Shown here one piece after another: positions 36,976-46,308 of a stretch of DNA of 46,308 nucleotides. Positions within the stretch are counted from its first letter, which is position 1. The number at the start of each line of letters is the position of its first letter. The stretch is from Octopus bimaculoides (taxonomy: Eukaryota). Where the stretch lies: the NCBI RefSeq assembly GCF_001194135.2, contig NC_068981.1, positions 23,801,035 through 23,847,342 on the forward strand, written 5' to 3'. The notes under the pieces are model-generated. The model did not search any database. It was given only the letters and a program-made list of their open reading frames with translations, and was not told where the DNA came from. The translations under genes and the position numbers were made by a program.

Positions 36976-37659
36976 ATGCATGAGTGTATGTATATATGTG
37001 TGAGTATGAAGATCGTGTATATACTTTTGTACGTATTTAAATATGTATGAGCGAAGCATCGATGTGATCCCAAAAGATTGAATGTAAAACTTAACATCTG
37101 GACATATGCAAACTGCCATTCTGTGAAAGATGTTTCAAGCTACAAAATATTGTGATCCCATTGGTTTATATAGGAATTCTTGTTCTTGGTAACGAGGAGG
37201 TTATATAATAGTATGAATTTGATTGTAGTTGTATGCCGTGAGAATGGTCAGTTATTATATTTCAGTTAAGTCAACATGCATCCTACATCCCATATCCTAT
37301 GTCGCAGTTGTTTGCTCGGCAGTCTATGGATTCTCGTAACAAAAGATCTTGTAACGAATTGGTCCTCGCTCTGAAAAATCTGTACCAGATAGTCTTTCCA
37401 ATTAAATATATCGCAACAACCCATGCACACATGCATGTGTTCTGGCCTCCAGTAACGAGGGAAGCTCGATGTAGTCGTTTGAATGTTGGAAATGACAGCT
37501 AAATGTTCTTCATGCACACATACGCTCTCACATAAATACGCACGCGCACCTTCGTTTGGGATGACCACTATTTTATTATCTCCCCTTCTTCCTAATTCTC
37601 CTGTCTGACCACCTCTGTTCAGCCATCGCCATGATCGACCGCTAGCCACTAAAGCTTTT

Positions 37660-37825
37660 TTTATTCTCTCTCTGTTTATTTTCTCGCGTTCCTTTCTGTT
37701 GAAGAGTGTAGGCTCGAAACGTAAAAGATTTTCTCACCTTCCCGAGCGTTAAACTAATATACCTGTTTGTTGATTACACACCTGTCTTCGTCTCTTTTTT
37801 TTTTTTGTAAATTCCAACTACATTT
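37660..37825 (+). mobile_element. Non-autonomous repeat with Penelope-type hammerhead-like motif; 3' piece also at ~17070-17131
   Basis: ttgaagagtgtaggctcgaaacgta; downstream cacctgtcttcgtc...gtaaattc recurs at 17088-17120. Confidence 0.5.
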
Positions 37826-37877
37826 ATGAATGCGCACATATGCATACGCGCGCCGAAAAAAGCTCTTTCTCTCTCTT

Positions 37878-37915
<38 letters not shown>

Positions 37916-38594
37916 CTATCAGCTATACACGATCATTTTCATTTCATGGCGTTTTTAATATTAAATCCAGTAAATACAACTTATTTTAATTCAACACAGA
38001 TTAATTTTATTAATACTGTTTCTTAGCAAGTGACAAACTAAAAGTTTGTAGACATCACAGCAATGATATGTTATTTCATATCATTGATGGTACCCAGCTA
38101 ACAAATGAGTTGTTTAACAGAGTGTTGAAGATGCTCTCTTAACAAACAGTGAGTTTTTTGGCTACGTAGAAAGCTTAACAATGTGTAGCTTTGTTAACTA
38201 TCTAAATGTAGGTGGCTTTTATTGTTGACGATACTCAATGAAGACGTTTGTTGTCAAGAAAAACAAGTACAGATATGAATGCGAAATAAAAGACAAGTCA
38301 ATGAAAGAGCCTTTATATGGCCAAGGTAATCCCTCTCAAACTATACCCTATTGTTGCAAAAAGAGAAGTGGACTGCGAAATCAGGATAGTCACAGGTAGA
38401 TTAATTCTACTTGCTCATGCTGGCGTCGGATAAACAGTGAAACACATTAGATAAATGTCGTGTTAAAATTTATCAAGAATCTGTATACAATCTACAACGA
38501 ATGTAAGTTCAATTATCTTTCGTTTAAATAACGTTCTTAAACTGCCAAAAAAATTTTCGCACATGAAAACGTAAGTGGAAAATATTTTGTGAAA

Positions 38595-38850
38595 TAAGAT
38601 GGCTGTGTGATTGAGAAGGTCACTTCGCAACCACATGTTTTCTGATTCGGTAAGGATAAGTGTCTTCTACTATATACTCGGACTTTGTGAGTGAATCTGG
38701 TGGACAGAAACTGTGTAGAATCCCGTTGTCTCTGTGTGTGTGTTTCTGTTTGTCCCCCACCATTTGACAATCGGTGTAGGTTTGTTTACGTCTGGTAACT
38801 TAGCGATCTGCAAAAAAAAAAAAAAAATTAAAAACGATAGAATACCAAAA
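38595..38850 (+). mobile_element. SINE family A, diverged
   Basis: atggctgtgtg...caaccacatg...aagtgtcttctactata...ttgtcccccacc...gtaacttagcg. Confidence 0.75.
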
Positions 38851-39852
38851 TGGGTTTGAGTTGTTCAATGAAACCAGGCATGAACATCCTGTTACGAGAA
38901 GCGGGCTGCATGAAAACAGGTCTCGTCATCAGACAGGCATCACTTCTAATAGAAATTCATGGTAATTTCTCGCACGTTATGCGTGCCTTTCAGAAATTTC
39001 GCGGGCCGCAGTTTGCCCATGCATGGATTAAAACCTACAAAGTGGTAATCCAGTATTGGCGCAGTCTAATGACTGAAACCAATAAAAACGTATGTCTCGA
39101 CACTAACTGAGTAAAGAAAGCACTACACTGTGTGGACATCCATAGAATATTGAATAAAGGGTTGAGTAGATGCCTCTTCTACAGCAGTGAATGTGACGGA
39201 GGTGGTAGAGAACGGCTTAGTATAAGTGATAGCAAATAACAAGTTCATAAGAAACTATGGGAGCGAATTTTTGCTGAAATAAAAATGATTCTTCAATTTC
39301 ATGAATTTCTTGTTCTGGAATTTATATTAATTCTAAGGTTGAAAAAGTTTTCATTTTCCCATGTGGGTTTTTTATACACTTCTTGTGAGAAAAATTCAAA
39401 ATTTTGAAGTGAGTGAGGGGTTCCACAACAGTTCTACGGCTTTAACATGGAACTTCTTCGATTCTAGGTTCATGATTTAGGTTGTAGTTGTTTAACTGCA
39501 ACTTAACCCTATTGATCAAATCTATGAATAACGACATTCCAGCTTTGACCATCACGCTTCTTTGCATATCTAGCACTAAATCATTCATTGTGTGTTTGAA
39601 TTTTTAAGACGGTAGAGTGTAGTTTGGGCGAGATATAGCAGCTGCTTCTAGCTAGTTGAAGATGGTGGAAACTACATCAGTGATTCAATTCAGCTGATGA
39701 CGTCACCGTTATTGACTTGCAGAGATATTACATTTGTATATTCCAGCTGTCCTTTCACTGTACGTCAACACTGATCGAATAGACTTTATGACCAAACGTG
39801 CTCCAACTATGACCATCCAGTTCAATTTTCTGACACTGTTTATAGGGGAACT

Positions 39853-40168
39853 GGTACTCCGTCAGTTACAAAGATGATGGTTCCAGTTGATCCCATCAAC
39901 AGATCAGCCTGCTCGTGAAATTAACGTGCATGCGGCTGAGAACTCCACAGACGCGTGTACCCTTAACGTAGTCCTCAGCAAGATTCAGCGTGATACAGAG
40001 TGTGAGAAGGCTGGCCCTTTGAAATACAGGTACTACTCATTTTTGCCAGCAGAATGGACTGGAGCAACGTGAAATAAAGTGTCTTGCTCAAGGAAACAAT
40101 GCGCTGCCGTGAATTGAACTCATGACCTTACGATTCTGAACCGAATACCGTAACCACTAAGCCACACA
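39853..40168 (-). mobile_element. SINE family E: different head/core, family C-type 3' tail
   Basis: Minus head gtggcttagtggttacggtattcgg...gagttcaattc, core ttgagcaagacactttatttcacgttgctccagtcc, then ~180 bp alignable to the family C tail. Confidence 0.85.
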
Positions 40169-40652
40169 TTTATAGAGGAATTCATTGTTAAATGTGAGAT
40201 TCCTTTTGTTAAACAGTAGAGTGTAATTTGAAAGGGATTTAATAGTTGCACGCCTGGGGATCTTGTATAGGTACTTATTCTTTATTGTTGTTGTTTAATG
40301 CAACATCTGTTCTGTTTAAGTGAACCTATGACCAAAGCTATAACCAGTCATGGACACCTCATTTGTGACTGATTTGTAGAGCTAAAATCTGAAAAATATA
40401 TTTTCGTCACGTTGAGGGATTTTGGCTGCCGTTTCTAACATGTCCAGGATTACTCTGAACAGTGGTAAGCAAACGTTGATGCGCAGGACAATCCAGCATG
40501 CCAACCAAAATTATTCCGACTGCAACCACTAAATGCAATTATATTAAATAACGGTGCCTGCGATGTCTAAGAGTAATATTGATTGACTTTGTGTATCATA
40601 TTTTGCTCTCTAGTAATGTCGAACACACTTGTTATTTATTGCCAGCCCTCTT

Positions 40653-41036
40653 TTTGTTGGCACTCCGTCGCTTACGACGTCGAGGGTTCCAGTCGATCCG
40701 ATCAACGGAACATCCTGCTCGTGAAATTAACGTGCAAGTGGCTAAGCACTCCACAGACACGTGTATACTTAACGTAGTTCTCGGGGGATATTCAGCGTGA
40801 TACAGTGTGACAAGGTTGACCCTTTAAATTACAGGCACAACAGAAACAGGAAGTAAGAGTGAGAGAAAGTTGTGGTGAAAGAGTGCAGCAGGGCTCGCCA
40901 CCATCCCCTGTCGGAGCCTTGTGGAGCTTTAGGTGTTTTCGCTCAATAAACACTCACAACGTCCGGTCTGGGAATCGAAACCGCGATCCTATGACCGCGA
41001 GTCCGCTGCCTTAACCACTGGGCCATTGCGCCTCTA
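40653..41036 (-). mobile_element. SINE family C, full-length with 11-bp TSD
   Basis: TSD ccagccctctt at 40642-40652 and 41037-41047; tRNA head with actcgcgg (TCG, Arg-like anticodon loop). Confidence 0.95.
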
Positions 41037-41079
41037 CCAGCCCTCTTATATATTTCTTATAATCTAATATGGGTTTTAG

Positions 41080-41672
41080 ATTTTGGCACAAGGCCAACAA
41101 TTTCAGGAGAGGTGGGAAAGTCGTTTATATCAATCCCAGTGCATAACTGCTACTTATTTTGTCGACCCCTAAGGAAATAAAAGGGAAGGTCTACCTCGGT
41201 GGAATTTGCACTCAGTACGTTAAGATCAACGAAATACTTCTAAGCATTTCGTACGACGTACTAACGGGTCTGCTAGTTTGCCGCGTTTACTTATGATGTA
41301 AGGCCAGAAGTTTTGGGAGATGGGACCAGTCGATTATATCAACCCCAGTGCACAACTGGTACTTATTTTATTGACCCTAAAAGAAGGAAAGGCAAATTCA
41401 ACTTCATTATTTCGCCTAGCGTGCTAACGATTCAGCCAGCTGTCCGCTTTGTCTTATAATCTGTTCTACTGTAGGCACAAGGCCCGAAACTTTTGGGGAG
41501 GGGACCAGTCGATTAGAACGACCCAGTACGCAACTGGTACTAAATTTATCGACCCCGAAAGGATGAAAGGCAAAGTCGATCTCATCGGAATTTGAACTCA
41601 GAACGTAAAGACAGACGAAATACCGCTCAGCATTTCGCCTGGCGTGCTAACGATTCAGCCGGTTCGCCGCGT
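41080..41672 (-). mobile_element. Three head-to-tail SINE family B copies
   Basis: ggcacaaggcc / ccccagtgca..actggtacttatttta / gacccc..aagg motifs recur about every 200 bp; best copy 41465-41672. Confidence 0.85.
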
Positions 41673-41949
41673 TTTCTTATAATATTACACTGTATCGTTA
41701 ACTTCAACCAATATTTCAATATGCCGTTCTTGTACAAGTTCAGGGAAGCCTCTCGGCGTCTAAGACTCTCAGAAGACTGTCAGCTCAGACGTGTTATCAA
41801 GCAACTCTAATCAAGCGACATAATATTTTTGTTGTGATTTAAGTTAAGAAAATTATATTCTTTAAGTGCATTAAATTTTTAAACAACTTATGGAAGTTAT
41901 GTGCTCATCCAATTTAAAAATAATCTCAGTGAAACCTGACTGAGTTTTA

Positions 41950-42305
41950 GACGCTGGCACGGCTTGTGCGGTTAAAAAGCTAACTTTGCAACCACGCCGT
42001 TTCGGTTTCAGTTCCACAGTACGGCAAGGTGGGCAAATGTCTTCTACAATACAGCCAGCCCCACCAATGCTTTATGAATGAATTTGGTAGCCGGAAACCG
42101 AGTGGAATCCCGTTGTGTATAATATATGCGTTTGTGTGTCTTTGTGTCTGTGCTTGTCACCATACACACCGCTCGACAACCGTGTTGGTTTGCTTACACT
42201 CCCATAGCTTAGCGGTTCGGCCCAAAGATCGAGAGAATAAGTATGAGATTTTTGAAAACACAGTATGGCCGCAATCCACTGACTGAAATAAGTAAATGAT
42301 AAAAA
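41950..42305 (+). mobile_element. SINE family A, diverged full-length
   Basis: Head, core gggcaaatgtcttctacaata, tail cagtatggccgcaatccactgactgaaataag. Confidence 0.8.
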
Positions 42306-42682
42306 ATGGATTGCTTTACCAATTTCATACTTTTGCAAACACACAATTCGTTTTTGATTAGTAAGATTCGAAAATATTTTAGAACGAATTATGATTTTAA
42401 CGTATTTCTAACTACACAGCTTTCGGCAATAAAATATACAGCTTTCAATATTCTGTAAGATTAGAAAACGTTCTATAAAAGTCTCACATAGTGTAGTCAC
42501 AAACAACGTAATTGGAGATAGAAGAAAGCTTTCTTATTGCACTTTTTATTTGGAATTATTGCTAATACTTTAAAGCTCTTAGACATCATTAAAGCCGAAC
42601 AAATGCATTGCTTTTGACAATTTCAACAGGTAAAAGTAAATAATTATAACTCTAGTGATATCTGGATTTTTTTTTTCAGAAA

Positions 42683-43790
42683 ACCCTGATACCGACAAAA
42701 CGCAAGAAGATTGATGCAGAGTGCCGTACTTTCCAAGATACGTGGGTAGAAATTTTTCTTGGTATACTCCCTGCCAAATTTAATTGCTGCAAACAAGTTC
42801 AGCATCAAAACGCACTGTGAGACAAGTCATAAAAGATTCGGCGTACTTAGTGAACAAGCAGGGGAGGATGGCGTTCATAAACTTAAACTGCGCTGAGAAA
42901 AATAAATTTTAGTATTAGAAAAACAAATGTTAATCAGAAAAAAATAAATAAACCATATGCTAATTATTTGATGGCAAAAGTTGATAACTGAAAATATGAA
43001 ACCTTTCTCTAATATGAAATATGTTTTGTGGTCATTGCAGAAACCGTATGTATTGAAAATAAGCTTTTTCAAACACATCCTCTCTCCAAAAACAGTTGCA
43101 ATGTGAACAGAAGAAATGTTATCGGATCTGAAAATTAACTTAAAACACATCTGCAAAAATTTTCCGCTTTTCTCATTAGAACATAGTGAGTGTATAGACG
43201 CTTTAAACACATATCAGTTTGCCGTGTCTGTACTTGGAGTTTTGTTGTTGGCACTCCGTCGCTTACGACGACGAGGGTTCCAGTTGATCCGATCAACGGA
43301 ACAGCCTGCTTGTGAAGTTAACGTGCAAGTAGCTGAGCACTCCACAAACACGTGTACTCTTAACGTAGTTCTCGGGGATATTCAGCGTGACAGAGTGTGA
43401 CAAGGCTGGTCCTTTGAAATACAGGTGCAACAGAAGCAGGAAGAAAGAATGAGAGAAAGTTGTGGTGGAAGAGTACAGCAGGGTTCGCCACCATCCCCTG
43501 CCGGAGCCTCGTGGAGCTTTAGGTGTTTTCGCTCAATAAACACTCACAACGTCCGGTCTGGGAATCGAAACCGCGATCCTATGACCGCGAATCAGCTGCC
43601 CTAACCACTGGCCATTGCGTTTCTACTGTACTTGGAGTAAACGCAACTTTTAACACTTTTGAGGAGTTTCTCCAACTGGTACGTAACAAGGGTACTTAAA
43701 TCATATGGACAGACATTCTTGAAGCATTGCTCTTGTGTACTATAGTTGTTATAACGCCACAAGCTGTTCAACAGGCAGAATCCTTAGCTT
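42683..43790 (+). mobile_element. hAT (SPIN/GTF2IRD2-like) transposase remnant
   Basis: KRKIDAECRTFQDTW, KTHCETSH, SLSPKTVAM*TEEMLSDLKINLKHICKNFPLFSL; after the SINE, LGVNATFNTFEEFLQL; many stops. Confidence 0.8.
43241..43625 (-). mobile_element. SINE family C, full-length with 13-bp TSD, inside hAT remnant
   Basis: TSD ctgtacttggagt at 43228-43240 and 43626-43638. Confidence 0.95.
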
Positions 43791-43844
43791 GTTGAACTTA
43801 GTAGAGTAGTATCTCTTATGGCTCATTGCATTGTGAGTTACTTC

Positions 43845-43960
43845 TTCGCCGAGATCGACTTTACTTTACGGGATCGATAAAATAAAGTAGCAGTTGAGCA
43901 CCAGGATCGATGTAATCCATCTATCACTCCAGTAAGATTACAAATCTAGCGATAAAATTT
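43845..43960 (+). mobile_element. SINE family B, degenerate
   Basis: cgccgagatcgactttactttacgggatcgataaaataaagtagcagttgagcacc. Confidence 0.65.
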
Positions 43961-44084
43961 GAAGGATTTATTCAAACTCCTCGCCAAAGAACATTTATTT
44001 CGCCATTATATTACGATATTTTACTGTTATAGTTGATCGAGTGCTATTCTACTTGATGGAGCCTTACCACATTATTATGTATAG

Positions 44085-44147
<63 letters not shown>

Positions 44148-44499
44148 ACAATAATGATATGGACAATGGGGATCTTTCTGATTTAACGGACACCATTTGA
44201 TTTCTAACGAAACACTTTCAAACTTGGGAATGTGTCATATAAAACATCTTTTTCTCTTAGCCTTGTTAAGAAAAAATTTTATATTCGAAGTTATTTCATG
44301 TTAATAGTTGTCGTGTTTCGATAATTTCAGCCAAACACTGACATCCATTGACGCGAAAACAATTACTGCTGTGGTTTGTCAACAACGCGTTGTGGCGGTG
44401 TAACGGGATCTTTTCCCTTGAATAAAATTACTGCTGTTGTTTGTCAACAACAACTATCGGCGGTACTGTTATTTATGACATCGTTCGTGCGTTTGTACT

Positions 44500-44556
44500 G
44501 GTTTTAGCTTTAGGGTTTTGGGGTTAAGGTTAGGGCTTTAGGGTTAGGGTTATGAG
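44500..44556 (+). repeat. Degenerate interstitial TTAGGG-like repeat
   Basis: tttagggttttggggttaaggttagggctttagggttagggtta. Confidence 0.75.
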
Positions 44557-45094
44557 TTTTGTTGCCAAATTTGGTGAAAATCTGTTCAATACACCACCAC
44601 AAATTTTTCACCAAATTTGGGAAGTGTGCCCCCGGAGAGGAAGACTTTGCCAGCGGGAATTGTGCCGATAACAGAGTAGCGTGACGTCCCTCCCTGTGAG
44701 GATAATGATTATGATATCATGTACTATGAGGGAGGGACGGTGAATGAGTTCTTGGACAGCGAGTGCGGCCAAGATAGGAGCTACTCGGAATGTGTGAGTA
44801 GTTCCACATGGCCTTCGCAGGTGGCTGTAGAGGTTATAAAGAACAACACGATGACAAAAGTCATAGAGGAATGTAACCCAAACGATTTTTTCTACCACAC
44901 CGCCAATTCAAGTCTAACAGAGACATTTGTTTGTCAGGGGCAGCATATCTGCTTGCAGAGGGGTGGAGTGATGGAAATTGTGAATTTTTTTAATTGATAG
45001 TGTAAGAGGTTTGTAACCTCATAAGGTTTTTTTTTTAAGGAAAAAAAATGCTTTCGAGGGATTATCAGTCGGCAGACGTTGGAGTCTCTCTCTT

Positions 45095-46308
45095 TATTTG
45101 TTTCATCCTTACCGTGAGTTAGGTTCATCTGGGACTCTCGACAGAAAGAGGTCCAGCCTTGATTTTAAAACATGTACATCTACTTTGTGCCGGTTCCTCA
45201 GGCTCTTTGGGAGAATATTAAAAAGCTGTGTGCCCCTGAAATCGAGTAACTGGTTCCAGTAACTGGTCCTGAAACGCGATGGCATTGATGGGATCTTTGT
45301 CACTATGCAGTGTCGACCCGTTCTGGCATTGGTATAGCTTTCAATGCCAAAATTTGGCACAATTCCTTCCAGGATCTTCCAGATATATATTACTGCATAC
45401 CTCTCCCGCCTTCGCTCCAGGGAGTAGAGTCTTAGCTGTTTTATCCTTTCCTAGTAGCTGAGCTGTTGCAAAGAGACGATCTTCTTTGTGAAGCTCCGCT
45501 GGATTGCTTCAAGGTCCGCTGTTAATTTTACACTGTTGGGTGACTATAGCTGGGAGCAGTAATCCAGGCGGCTGAGGACGAATGTCCTCCACAGGATCAT
45601 CATGGTTTCCTTATCTCCGGTTCTGAATATTCTCAGGATCCATCCTGCCAGTCGTCTGCACTTTGTCGTCATCCTGGTAATGTGCACTTGGAAACAGGTT
45701 TCAACACTCATGTCGATACCCAGGTCCCTCACTGATTTACGCTCTATGATTGTAATTCCCTGTGGATTAGTGTACACAGAAAGTTTCATATTCAGTCTTG
45801 GACGCTGGTAGCGCAGGGCTTGGAATTTTTCAGCATTAAACTGCAGATTATTATCCTCAGCCCATCTGTAAATATCTCCTGCTGCAGATGTGCAACATCG
45901 CTGAGGTTCTGTATTTTCTGCGAGACTTTCGTATCGTCTGCGTAGCTAGTAAGGGCGACTATCGAGGCAATGGAGGGCATATCTAAGAGGACCACTGTGA
46001 AAAGCAGTGGTCCCAAGACAGTGCCCTGTGGAACACCGCTCACTATTTGTATTTTCATTGAGGTGACTCCAGTGGCCACTACTGCCTGACTTCTATCTTT
46101 CAGAAAGTCATGAAACCACTCTCCAAGTTATCCAGCTATGCTGAGATCACGCAGTTTGTGGTATATCATACCCTGATCCACTTTACCAAAAGTTTTTGCA
46201 AAATCAAGGTATATTACGTCCACATTTGAGTTGTTGAGTAACTGCCTCAACACCCAGTCATAATGTTGTAAGAGCTGGGTCAGGCAGCACCTACCTGGTC
46301 GAAACCAT
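45095..46308 (-). mobile_element. CR1/L2-group LINE, RT to 3' end, continues beyond window
   Basis: YLDFAKTFGKVDQG, SGVPQGTVLGPLLF, YADDTKV, RDLGIDMS, ILWRTFVLSRLDYCSQL, FRGTQLFNILPKSLRN, VPDEP; same family as 13575-14765 and 17310-17945. Confidence 0.93.

Noticed and set aside
37266-37649. 127-aa minus-strand ORF
   Set aside because: Spans low-complexity and repeat-adjacent sequence; no recognisable domain. A terminal-exon reading from ttttcag|AGC lacks support.
1-46308. CRISPR-like or prokaryotic defence/operon systems
   Set aside because: No regularly spaced repeat-spacer array and no dense gene content; recurring motifs are dispersed SINE copies in eukaryotic DNA.

Overview
AT-rich, repeat-dominated eukaryotic DNA from a draft assembly; about 11 N-gaps, most flanked by microsatellites. 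The SINE families match my recollection of octopus tRNA-derived SINEs, so an Octopus genome is inferred, not proven. Most ORFs in the supplied track are microsatellite or N artefacts. Real content: (i) many copies of at least four SINE families (labelled A, B, C, E here); (ii) three decayed CR1/L2-group LINE copies, a Penelope GIY-YIG remnant and a LINE-ORF1-like remnant; (iii) DNA transposon relics: a Merlin/ISXO2 element with 8-bp TSD holding a nested mariner, a second mariner fragment, a mariner MITE, pogo/Tigger-like pieces and a hAT transposase split by a SINE; (iv) a CpG-rich NRF1/ETS/YY1 promoter-like island at ~34.5 kb with candidate minus-strand exons to its left (33.9 kb, 33.6 kb, possibly a terminal exon at 10.7 kb) encoding no protein I recognise. 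No rRNA, intact tRNA, CRISPR array or intact transposase. I found no demonstrably new biological system. Best leads: the orphan spliced locus with its promoter, a SINE-LINE shared 3' tail with a covarying stem-loop, and an unassigned coding-like island at 44.6-45.0 kb.
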